NCBI GenBank assembly: GCA_000092065.1
Contig: CP000585.1
Source of the DNA: Ostreococcus lucimarinus
Taxonomy: Eukaryota
Length of the DNA stretch: 64,000 nt
Strand: one strand, 5' to 3'
Part shown: piece by piece, positions 30,661 through 38,704 of the stretch
Layout: every line of letters begins with the position of its first letter
How positions within the stretch are numbered: the first letter of the stretch is position 1
The notes under the pieces: generated by a model
Databases searched by the model: none
What the model was told of the DNA's origin: nothing
Seen by the model: only the letters and a program-made list of their open reading frames with translations
Position numbers and translations under genes: made by a program

Positions 30661-31497
30661 AAGCTTGAGCGCAATGGTGCCACTGACGAGCGCCAGCGCG
30701 GTCACCTTGAAGTACTTGCCGACGACGGAGACAACTTCGCCCACGAGAATTCGCAACATGACGCCGCCGAACAAAATCATGAACGCGACGAACGCGGCGT
30801 GCGAGCCGGCGTCTTTGACTTCTTCCGGAAGCAGATTCACGACTTGTCCCAACGCGCCGGCGACGAGTCCCAACGCGCTCGCCACCGCGCCCGCGTCCTG
30901 CGCCACCGCCGAAGGATCGATTTCACTCGCCTTCGTCGTCAGCGTCTCCACGGCTTTCACCAGCGCCTCTTGGCTCAACTCTCCCGTGGTGTAATACGTG
31001 TACCCAGCGACGACCGCCACCGTTCCCAGCGCCGGCGGCCCCCATCCCAGCGTCGGCGGTTTCGCCGCCGGCACCTCCCCCGTCGCGTTGAACGACTTCA
31101 CCCCGATCTCTCCTCCCGGGAATCCTCCCGCCATTCCCCCGAAGTCCTTCTGCAGCCGCACTTCCCTCGTTTCGCGCCGCTTCGCCTTCGCCTTCTCCAG
31201 CGCCTTGGCCGCGTTCGTCGCCGCCAATTCGTCCCGGTACGACCACAAGCCTCTCTCCCCGCCCGCGAACCCGCCGGTGAACGCGTCGTCTCGACCCGTC
31301 TTGCTCACCAGCCCTCGGTCGTCCTTGATGTACTTGCCCTTTCCCGCGTAGTACTCGCCTCGCGGCGCCGGTTTCGCCGCGCACGAGACGCGCGCGACGA
31401 CGCGCGCGCGACGCGTCTCGCCGGGACAACCCTCGGCGCTTATCCGTCCGCGCGCGCGCGCGAACGCGCCGGCGCGCTGCGTCAGCGACGCGGACAT
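30646..31497 (-). CDS. Hypothetical organelle-targeted membrane protein: Ala/Arg/Ser-rich transit-peptide-like N-terminus, Gly-rich middle, two C-terminal transmembrane helices
   Basis: ATG verified (cat at 31495-31497). The N-terminus MSASLTQRAGAFARARGRISAEG...VSCAAKP is typical of a chlorophyte transit peptide. C-terminal segments AAFVAFMILFGGVMLRILVG and VTALALVSGTIALKLLHIL are hydrophobic. I could not assign a family. Confidence 0.5.
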   Translation of the reverse strand: MSASLTQRAGAFARARGRISAEGCPGETRRARVVARVSCAAKPAPRGEYYAGKGKYIKDDRGLVSKTGRDDAFTGGFAGGERGLWSYRDELAATNAAKALEKAKAKRRETREVRLQKDFGGMAGGFPGGEIGVKSFNATGEVPAAKPPTLGWGPPALGTVAVVAGYTYYTTGELSQEALVKAVETLTTKASEIDPSAVAQDAGAVASALGLVAGALGQVVNLLPEEVKDAGSHAAFVAFMILFGGVMLRILVGEVVSVVGKYFKVTALALVSGTIALKLLHIL

Positions 31498-31589
31498 CGA
31501 GCGCGCGCGCGCGTCTCGGCGCTCGACGGCTCGAGCGAGGCGCGCGGCGCGGTGTGCGGCGCGCGCGAGATCGCGACGCGCGGTGCGTC
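31498..31589. promoter_or_regulatory. 92-bp divergent promoter region between the hypothetical membrane protein gene (-) and DNAJC17 (+)
   Basis: The two verified ATGs are at 31497 (-) and 31590 (+). Confidence 0.4.
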
Positions 31590-31670
31590 ATGGCGGACGT
31601 CGACGAGAACGCGTACGCCGCGCTGGGACTGGCGTTCGAGGACGCGCCGAGCGAGGCGACGATTAAAAAG
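31590..31670 (+). CDS. DNAJC17: DnaJ homolog subfamily C member 17-like (J-domain + RRM protein), exon 1
   Basis: ATG at 31590. It encodes MADVDENAYAALGLAFEDAPSEATIKK, the start of a J domain, and is followed immediately by GTGCGT. Confidence 0.8.
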
Positions 31671-31813
31671 GTGCGTCGAGCGCGCGACGCGCGCGACGCG
31701 CGACGCGCGGGGCGACGCGACGCGCGCGACTCGACGATTTCGCATTCGCATTCGCATTCGAAACGACGACTGACGACGACGACGACGACGACGACGCGCG
31801 CGAAAACTCGCAG
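31671..31813 (+). other. DNAJC17: Spliceosomal intron (143 nt, GT..AG, phase 0) splitting the J domain of DNAJC17
   Basis: Donor is AAG|GTGCGT at 31671. Acceptor is ...aaaactcgCAG| ending at 31813. Splicing joins ...ATIKK to AFRKLALKCHPDK, restoring the invariant HPD motif. The intron contains (CATTCG)3 and (GACGAC)8 tracts. Confidence 0.8.
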
Positions 31814-32677
31814 GCGTTCCGAAAACTCGCGCTGAAATGCCACCCCGATAAGCGGCCGGCGTCGGAGCGCGAGCGGGCGGAGAAGGAGTTTGACGCGCTG
31901 CGACGCGCGAGCGACGCGCTGCTCGACGTCGACGCGCGACGCGCGTTGGATGATTTCCTGCGCGCGAAAGCGGCGCGAGCGCGCGCGCACGCGGCGCACG
32001 GAGCGAAGAGAAAACGAGATTTAGAGGATCTGGAGGCGCGGGAGCGGAAGGCGGCGAGCGCGGGGGAGGTGGGGGCGGAGCGCGCGGCGCGAGAGCGGTT
32101 GCGAGGCGAGTTGGAGCGTTTGCGGCGTCGACGCGAGGAAGCGACGCGGGGGGGGAAGGCGCGAGATGGCGATGGCGTGGGGACGGCGGCGACGACGTCG
32201 ACGGTGCCGGAGCACTTGTATCGAGCGCTCAAGGTGGTGTGGCGACGCGACGGCGACGCGGACGACGACGCGTACTCGGCCAAGGAGCTGCGGGAGATTT
32301 TTGAAACCTTTGGTCGCATCGAGGACGTCGTGATTCGCGAGGGGAAGAAGAAGAAAGGCAGCGCGCTCGTCGTGTTTGCAGACGGCGACGCGTGCGCCAC
32401 GGCGTCTGGGGCGACGTGTGGGCGGTCGAGTAATCCGTTGGTCGTCGCGCGCGCCGCGATTCCTCCGAAAGTCGACGCGGGGGAACCGGCGAAGCGACGG
32501 GACGACGCGGCGTCGGGAGGCGTTTCACCGGCGCCGGCGAGCGAAACGACCGCGGCTCGAGCGCCGAGCGTCGCGAATCTAGACTTTGAGAGCGTGGTGC
32601 TGGAGCGATTGAAACGCGCGCAAGAGCGCGCTCGGCTCGTCGCAGAGGCGGAAGCGGAAGGCGACGACGAATCGTGA
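31814..32677 (+). CDS. DNAJC17: DNAJC17-like, exon 2 (rest of the J domain, Arg/Glu-rich coiled coil, C-terminal RRM)
   Basis: It encodes AFRKLALKCHPDKRPASERERAEKEFDALRRASDALLD...LKVVWRRDG...ELREIFETFGRIEDVVIREGKKKKGSALVVFADGDACATA, which is RRM-like. It is in frame with the track ORF at 31946..32677. Confidence 0.8.
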   Translation, partial: AFRKLALKCHPDKRPASERERAEKEFDALRRASDALLDVDARRALDDFLRAKAARARAHAAHGAKRKRDLEDLEARERKAASAGEVGAERAARERLRGELERLRRRREEATRGGKARDGDGVGTAATTSTVPEHLYRALKVVWRRDGDADDDAYSAKELREIFETFGRIEDVVIREGKKKKGSALVVFADGDACATASGATCGRSSNPLVVARAAIPPKVDAGEPAKRRDDAASGGVSPAPASETTAARAPSVANLDFESVVLERLKRAQERARLVAEAEAEGDDES

Positions 32678-32851
32678 TTTTTTATAGCGTGGTAGACACA
32701 TCGTGTCGCGTGGCGCGGCGCACAATCTAGTAATCATTGCAATACCGAACATTTCGTGATCGCATCGCGCTCTGAAAGAGTGCTAGAAGAAGTCAAGAGC
32801 GACTGCGTCCTCGAAGGCGAGGTCGCGTCTCTTTGCTAAGAATACCCGTCC

Positions 32852-33271
32852 TCACTTGGCGTACTTCGCCGTCCACTCTCGCGCCGTTTGCAGCGCTCCG
32901 TGTTCGTCCGTTTTCCAGTGCTCCGCCACGTTCTCTCGCAAAGGGTCATCTGGGTTCGGCGCGCTCATCAACGCCTGCACGCTGAGTAAAATCGTACGAA
33001 TCTGCAGCGCCGGAGACCACTTATCCTTCAACACGTCCAAACAGATGCGCCCAATCTTATCCGTGTTCGGGTGATAAATTTTCGTCCTGAAGAACACCTC
33101 CGGCGGCGCCATGGGATAATCCGCGGGTAAGAACAGCTCCAACTTGAACTTCCCGCCCTCGTACGCCGTTCCCCGCGGTCCCTCCACGACGACGAAAAAG
33201 TGTCGCAGGTTCGTCTCGCTCACCTCCACCGCGATCCCCGGAATCGGTTCCTGCTGCAATCGCTGCGCCTC
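32852..33271 (-). CDS. UBE2N: Ubiquitin-conjugating enzyme E2 N (Ubc13), exon 2
   Basis: It encodes [32 protein letters not shown]...[60 protein letters not shown]...EWTAKYAK. This is near-identical to human UBE2N (…[60 protein letters not shown]…). Confidence 0.9.
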   Translation of the reverse strand, partial: EAQRLQQEPIPGIAVEVSETNLRHFFVVVEGPRGTAYEGGKFKLELFLPADYPMAPPEVFFRTKIYHPNTDKIGRICLDVLKDKWSPALQIRTILLSVQALMSAPNPDDPLRENVAEHWKTDEHGALQTAREWTAKYAK

Positions 33272-33496
33272 CTGCGTCGTCATCGCGCGTCGCGCGCGTC
33301 GTTTCGTCATTCTCGCGTCGTCGCGTCTCGTCGCCTTCCCGTCTCCCGTCTCGCGCGCGCCGTTTTCCCGCGCGTCGCCTTCGCCGCGGTCCGCCGTCGT
33401 CGCGCCCGATTTCACCGCGTCGCGCGTCGTCGTCTCGTTCGTCGTCGTCGTCGTCGTCGCCTTCGCGTCGTCGCCTTCGTCGCGCGTCCGCCGCAC
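33272..33496 (-). other. UBE2N: Spliceosomal intron (225 nt, GT..AG, phase 0) in UBE2N, in frame and stop-free, and therefore masked inside a long ORF
   Basis: Minus-strand donor is AAG|GTGCGG at 33496 and acceptor is acgacgCAG|GAG ending at 33272. Splicing gives [26 protein letters not shown], which aligns with human MAGLPRRIIKETQRLLAEPVPGI. The intron has a (GACGAC)n tract that encodes poly-T if left unspliced. Confidence 0.85.
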
Positions 33497-33535
33497 CTTG
33501 AGGATCCGTCGCGGGAGCGACGACGCGTCCGCCAT
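33497..33535 (-). CDS. UBE2N: UBE2N (Ubc13), exon 1 (13 codons, [13 protein letters not shown])
   Basis: ATG verified (cat at 33533-33535). The 53 in-frame codons the track places upstream ([11 protein letters not shown]...) are not coding. Confidence 0.85.
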
Positions 33536-33669
33536 CCTCGTCGACCGGCGTCGCCGCGTTCGCGCGCGCGCGTCGCTCGCGTCGCGCGCGTCGCGCGCGT
33601 CGCCGCCCTCGCGCGCTCTCGCGCGTCTCGCGCGCGCGCGCTCGTCGTGCGTCGACGCCGCGCGTCGCG

Positions 33670-34683
33670 ATGTTCGGTCGCGTCGTCGCGGCACTCGCGC
33701 GCGCGATGGCGCCGACGCGCGTCGCCGACGCGCGTCGACGCGGGCCGCACGCGCGCGGGGTCGCGCTCTTCGTCGCGCTCGCGCTGCAGTACGCGTCGCA
33801 GCCGTTCCTGCGCGCGCGCTACGCGGCGAACGCGCGCGCGTCGGCGCTCGTGCTGAGCGTCGAGATCGCCAAGGCGACGCTGTGCGCGTGCGCGCTGCTG
33901 CGACGACGCGAGACGCGAGGGGCGCTGCGACGGGCGTCCGCGCGGTCGCTGCTCGCGTCGGGCGCGCCGGCGGCGGTGTACGCGGCGCAGAACGTGCTGC
34001 TGCAGAGGGGCGCGCGCGCGCTGGACGGCGTGACGTTCAACTGCCTGAACCAGACGAAGCTCGCGAGCGCGGCGGCGTTTCTGTGGCTGGGAGGGGCGCG
34101 GCAGAGCCGAGCGCAGTGCTTGGCGCTGGTGGGGACGCTCGCGGCGGCGGTGAATCTGTTCGGGGGGGAGACGGCGGCGAGCGGCGGCGGCGGCGCGGCG
34201 AGCGCGGCGGCGCGCGCGGCGGGCGCGACGAGCGTGTTGGTGGCGTCTGCGCTGTCGGGATTGTCGGGAGCGATGTGTCAGTTCGCGCTGCAGGGGAGCG
34301 AGAAGCTTCCGGCGATGATGACGCTGGAGATGGCGATCACGGGGGTGCCGATGGTGTTGCTCGCGGAGCGCGTCGCCGCCGGCGACGAGTTTCGCCTGAG
34401 CGCGGTGTACGAGTCGTGGACGGCTTGGGCGCTCGTTCCCGTGCTGTCGAGCGCGATCGGTGGGATACTGGTGGGGGAGATCACGAAGCGATTAGGTTCG
34501 ATCGCGAAGGGGTTCGCCGTGACGTGCGGTTTGGTGCTGACGGGGGTGTTTCAGAGCGTCTTCGCGGGCGCGGCGCCGCCTCGCGCGCACGTCGTGAGTT
34601 TGATCGTCATCGTCATCAGCACTTGGGTGCACACCGCGTTTCCGCCAGTCGAGAAGCGTAAGAAGAAGCGCAAGACGGGTTGA
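33670..34683 (+). CDS. Nucleotide-sugar transporter (SLC35A/UDP-galactose-CMP-sialic acid transporter family)
   Basis: A multi-pass membrane protein. The motif region is [40 protein letters not shown], and it has a C-terminal basic tail KRKKKRKTG. My hand-indexing of the start is within 1 nt of the track value. Confidence 0.75.
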   Translation: MFGRVVAALARAMAPTRVADARRRGPHARGVALFVALALQYASQPFLRARYAANARASALVLSVEIAKATLCACALLRRRETRGALRRASARSLLASGAPAAVYAAQNVLLQRGARALDGVTFNCLNQTKLASAAAFLWLGGARQSRAQCLALVGTLAAAVNLFGGETAASGGGGAASAAARAAGATSVLVASALSGLSGAMCQFALQGSEKLPAMMTLEMAITGVPMVLLAERVAAGDEFRLSAVYESWTAWALVPVLSSAIGGILVGEITKRLGSIAKGFAVTCGLVLTGVFQSVFAGAAPPRAHVVSLIVIVISTWVHTAFPPVEKRKKKRKTG

Positions 34684-34777
34684 GCGAGGGTGTGTCGTAG
34701 CGATAGCATTCGGTTGGAATAGTATTTGGTAGTATTTCTAAGCGCCGAGGGCGCGTGCCCGTTGAGGGCGCTATGCG

Positions 34778-36328
34778 CTATCTTCTATAATCTTTCCACG
34801 ACTCGCGAGCGGTCATCGCGCGCATGAGGCTTAGAAATAAAATACTCAGCACGCTTCCCGTCATAGCGGCCACGTTGAACGTCATCGAAAAGTCTGGCGT
34901 GGGAAGAAGCAGGAGGAGACTGTTCATGTACAGCGTCTCGGGAGCCACTGAGGATGCTCGAAGTTTATCGAGAAACGCGCTCGCCTGCTGCGTACGAGGC
35001 ACACGTGTGTCGGCGTGGATGACACGGAACGCATCGAATCGAGCCGGAGGTAAGTCGAACCCACGGTTCGCGTCCGGAGGAAACTCTTGCGCTCGAAGGA
35101 AACCTTTGTCGAAATCAAGGCGCAAGCGAAGCATCGAGGCGTTCGCTGGAAGCACCATTTGTAACTCAAGCAATGAAGAACGCACGCGATCTTCTGCGGG
35201 CACGAAGTGCATTTCATCCAACACTTCGCGCGACACCGCGACTCCGTCCAGCTCGATAGAAAGCGTGTGCATGTACAGCTTCACGAACCAAGGAAGCGGC
35301 TGGAACAAACGAGCACGTATGGGCGGCGACGAGTTCGCGCTCGATTCCAGCGCCGGCCGCTCGATATCGATCACAATACCACCGAACTCATTCCCAGTGC
35401 CCGTCAAGAACCGTTCGACGTACAGCGTGGGCGTGCGATGGTTGACTCCGAGAGCGTCGGCGTCGAACGCCGCCGACGACGACAAATTGAAAGTCGCGAT
35501 ATCATCTCCATCGCGCGCGTGAACGTACGAGCCATCGGCGGCGACGCAGACGTCACTCGCCACTCGCTGGATCGTTCCGATAATTTCAGCGTACGACTCG
35601 CTAGCATCTGGCAACACCATCATCAAAGTTTGCTCGGATCGCGTGTAACCGTCGCCATCCTTGGACAACCTCACGCCGAACGTCAAATGTCTCGCGCTAA
35701 ACACTTCGTGCGCAGTTTTCAGCGCCTTTGCCAATCCCGCTCTATCGCGACAAGGCAACTGCTTCAACCACGGCGCTAAGTTCTCCACGCACACCGCCTC
35801 TTGCGGTAAACTCGCGTGCTTCACCGTCGCGGCGTCGCTCGCCCGTCGCGCCGACGACGCCTCCCCATCCCAAGCGTTAAATCCCAACACCGGTGACGTC
35901 ACCGCCGTAGACGTCCCCAGCGCGCTCAGAGACGCGCAGAACGTCCCGCCGAGCGCCGTCGTCGCGTCTCGCCACCCTCGCTCGGCGTCCTCGTCCGCGC
36001 GCCACGTCCCGAGCGCCTCCGCGCCGATCGGTTTCGCCACCACCGGCGGCGCCCCCCATCGCCGCGCGTTCCAACGCCCGCGTCCGAACCACAGTTCGAG
36101 CGTTTCTGCGCGTGATTTCGCGAGCACCGCGCGCAGGGGCTTGGCCATGACGGCGGAGTGTCGTTCGAGCTCATGCTCGGTGGTGGTGAAGGTGAACACC
36201 AAGGCGACGGCGTCGTCGCGTAAACGCTCGATGAGGACCTCCTCGACGAAAGATGCGCGCGCCGCGACGATGGGGATCATCGCGGCTAACGCCAGGAAGA
36301 CGGCGCATGGGAACGCGCGCGCGCGCAT
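34778..36328 (-). CDS. PIGT: GPI transamidase component PIG-T (Gpi16)
   Basis: ATG verified (cat at 36326-36328). It has a signal peptide. Several blocks align with human PIG-T: [30 protein letters not shown] against ...[38 protein letters not shown] against [31 protein letters not shown] against PWYLRLYVHTL; and [12 protein letters not shown] against [12 protein letters not shown]. A C-terminal transmembrane helix is present. Confidence 0.9.
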   Translation of the reverse strand: [516 protein letters not shown]

Positions 36329-36369
36329 CGCGTTCTGCGGCGTATAGTGTTTGATGATTCGTCAACTGG

Positions 36370-38291
36370 CTAGAGTGGAAATTCGCGTCGAAGAGCGCCG
36401 ATGTCGTGCTTGTCGACGTGTTCTAAGAGATCTAATCGTCCGGTGCAACCAAGACTGATGCGGACGTAGCCCCAGGTCGGACTTTCGGGGTTGGGATTCA
36501 TCGATAACGCGCGAATGTAATAAGGCATCGACTCGGCGTACCGGCCTTGGTTGGCATAACTGATGCCCATGTTTGACCACGCGCGAACGTAGTTGGGTTT
36601 GATGGTCAGCGCGCGGCGATATGCCCCTACTGCGTCGGCACTCTCGGCGCCGTTCGCCTGCGTGGCGCCGATTTTGTTCCACAATGAATGGTCGTCGGGG
36701 CGCAAATTGGCGGCTCGTTGAAAGGCGTTGACTGCGTCTTCGTAATTCCTCGTCAAATGCGCCATGACACCGAGCACAGTTTGCACGTCAGCGTCGTTCG
36801 GTGCTTGTCGAGCGGCTTCTCTGAACATTGCCATGACGTTTTCGGGCGTGTGTGGCGCTTGTCCGGCGGCGATGTGTTTGAAGCGCTCTTGACTTCCGAG
36901 CCACTCACACGCGTGGCCGAGGGCTTCATCCTGGTCCAGCTCGTTCGCGTGGCTCACAGCGAGGGCGAGTAGAACATTTGGATTTTGCGGGTTCGCCTCG
37001 TACGCTTTTGACATCGCCGCGATGGCTTGCTGGTCATCGTCATTTTCCGCTTGGATGCGTCCCAGATGGTACCACGCTTCGCTGTTGCTCTGATCTTGAC
37101 GCACCCACGCCTCAGCGGCGAGGGCAGCTTCGGCGAGTACGCCCGTCTTTGCCAATTCCATCGTTTTCTCTTGCAAACCACTTTGACCGAGGTATGGGTT
37201 CGGGTCGGTGAATTTGTAGTTGCTCCGTTCTGAAAGCGGATTTTGTTGCATTTCGTCCCAAACGTTTTGCATCCATTCTGGGTTGTTGCGCTGCATATCT
37301 TCAAACTCGCTCGCCCACTCGCGCGGTACGTTCTTGAACTCTTCTGCCCAATCGTCGACGTTTGACTGCCTTTGCGATTCCATCTCGCGCTGCGAGAATT
37401 GCTGCGCCCACGCTTGGCTCGTCGGATTTTGACGCTGCATCTGCGCTGTAAACTGGTCCGCCCATTGAGGTTGCGGTTGCTGTGTTTGCTCGATGAACTC
37501 GGCCGCCCATCGCTCACCTTGGTCCACATGCCGCGCCTGAGGTGCCGCGTTTACCTCCTGCAAACCGTCTTCTCTCACGACGACTTGCCCGCTACCAAGT
37601 TTGGACATGAGTTGCGCGAATTTAGAATTCGCAAACTTTGGATCGGCGTTCAACGTCGCCGCAAGCTCACTACTTTGTTTCGCAGTTTGTGCCGCAACGT
37701 CAGTAAGCGGTGCTTGCACATCACTGGCGTGTTGTTGTGAAAACTCGTCCGCCCATCTGTTTTGCGCCGCGCCAAACTCCTCGCCCCAGCGCGTGCCTTG
37801 ATTTGATCTGTACTCTTGCGCCCACGCATCGGCGCGCGGTGGCGCGTGCATCGTGTGTGGCGGCGGCGGGTGGTTGTGAAACTCGTTTGCCCACTGCGCG
37901 TGCCTTGAAGTCTCAACATTCGCGAATTCTTCCGCCCAGGAACTCGGCGACGCCTGCGCGTGAAGTGGTTGCTGAAATCCGCGCGCCCAGCGGTCGCCGC
38001 GCTGCATCTCGCGAAGCATCGCCGCATTATGCGCCATCTGCGCTCGGGCGCTCATCTCAGCGTCATCCATGCGCATGCGCTCGAAGCCGTCTTCCATCTC
38101 CCCCTGCGACTGCAAATGTCTCGCCATCACAGCGCTCCTATTTCGAGCGAACGACTTCTCCAGCGCCGACGCCCCGCGCGCGTCCAACCTCGCATCCGGC
38201 ACCATCTGCACCGGTGCCGCCGCATATCGACCACTCGCACGCATCGTTCCTTCACGCACGTCTTCCACACCGTCCAACAGCCCCTCTCTCG
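36370..38291 (-). CDS. PEX5: Peroxisomal targeting signal 1 receptor PEX5 (plant-like), exon 2: ten WxxxF/Y motifs plus the C-terminal TPR domain
   Basis: The TPR domain is almost collinear with Arabidopsis PEX5: LGRIQAENDDDQQAIAAMSKAYEANP, HSLWNKIGATQANGAESADAVGAYRRALTIKPNYVRAWSNMGISYANQGRYAESMPYYIRALSMNP...ALRREFPL. The WxxxF/Y motifs are WAEEF, WANEF, WAQEY, WGEEF, WADEF, WAAEF, WADQF, WAQQF, WAEEF and WASEF. NRSAVMARHL matches the plant RSSIMARHF. Confidence 0.85.
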
Positions 38292-38419
38292 CTAAATGTA
38301 ACCCATTCGCCGCGTTCGCCGCGCCTCGCGCGAGTTGGTCTGCGCGCCGAGTCCAACCGTCAGTCACGTCGTCTCGCGCGTCGTCTCGCGCGTCGCGTCG
38401 AGCGTCCGCGCGCACGAAC
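38292..38419 (-). other. PEX5: Proposed spliceosomal intron (128 nt, GT..AG, phase 1) in PEX5 that joins an out-of-frame first exon to the main ORF
   Basis: Minus-strand donor is CGAG|GTTCGT at 38419 and acceptor is TTACATTTAG|CG ending at 38292. The 1+2 phase joins ...QRASER to A-REGLLDGVEDV... in the main frame. That an intron exists is near-certain because of the frame change, but the exact acceptor is a model. Confidence 0.55.
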
Positions 38420-38588
38420 CTCGTTCGCTCGCGCGCTGTATCTGTTGTTCGCGCGCGCGCGTGCCTCGATCGCCGAGTAAGACGTCGGCGACGCGCGCGA
38501 TTGGATTCGCGGCGCTCGACGGACCGGCGCCGTCGCTGGGTTCGCACGACGCGCCGCCGGTCGCGAGATCGCGCATGAACCTCGACAT
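38420..38588 (-). CDS. PEX5: PEX5, exon 1 (MSRFMRDLATGGASCEPSDGAGPSSAANPIARVADVLLGDRGTRAREQQIQRASER)
   Basis: ATG verified (cat at 38586-38588). MRDLATGGASC...NPI matches the conserved PEX5 N-terminus (Arabidopsis MAMRDLVNGGAAC...NPLGAL). It lies in a different frame from the 776-aa track ORF, whose first ~150 Arg-rich residues are therefore not coding. Confidence 0.8.
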
Positions 38589-38704
38589 CGCGCCGCGGGT
38601 TCGAGCGTGCGGTCGGCGCGGTCGCGCGGGTCGAGTTGTAACGTAGGCGTCTGCGTTGGGTTGCGTCACGTCGCGTTTGGTATTGCAATTGACGGCGCAA
38701 GGAA

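Noticed and set aside
30923-31999. 358-aa minus-strand ORF and 324-aa plus-strand ORF (30799..31773) overlapping the membrane-protein and DNAJC17 genes
   Set aside because: Arg/Gly/Ala-rich low-complexity translations with stop-free runs that are a by-product of GC richness. They overlap two well-supported genes plus their promoter.
32852-33694. The full 280-aa track ORF as the UBE2N protein (with 53-aa Arg-rich leader and internal poly-Thr insertion)
   Set aside because: The track start is a GTG. The leader and insertion have no counterpart in any UBE2N. GT-AG boundaries are placed exactly where the homology breaks, so these are 5'UTR plus an in-frame intron.
33144-34661. 505-aa and 218-aa plus-strand Arg-rich ORFs spanning UBE2N and the nucleotide-sugar transporter
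   Set aside because: Out of frame with the real genes. The content is mostly Arg, Ala, Gly and Val with poly-R runs. There is no domain signal.
36370-38700. The 776-aa track ORF as the complete PEX5 protein
   Set aside because: Its first ~150 residues are Arg-rich junk, while the conserved PEX5 N-terminus is in another frame (38420-38588). The ORF is therefore 5'UTR plus intron read through in frame.
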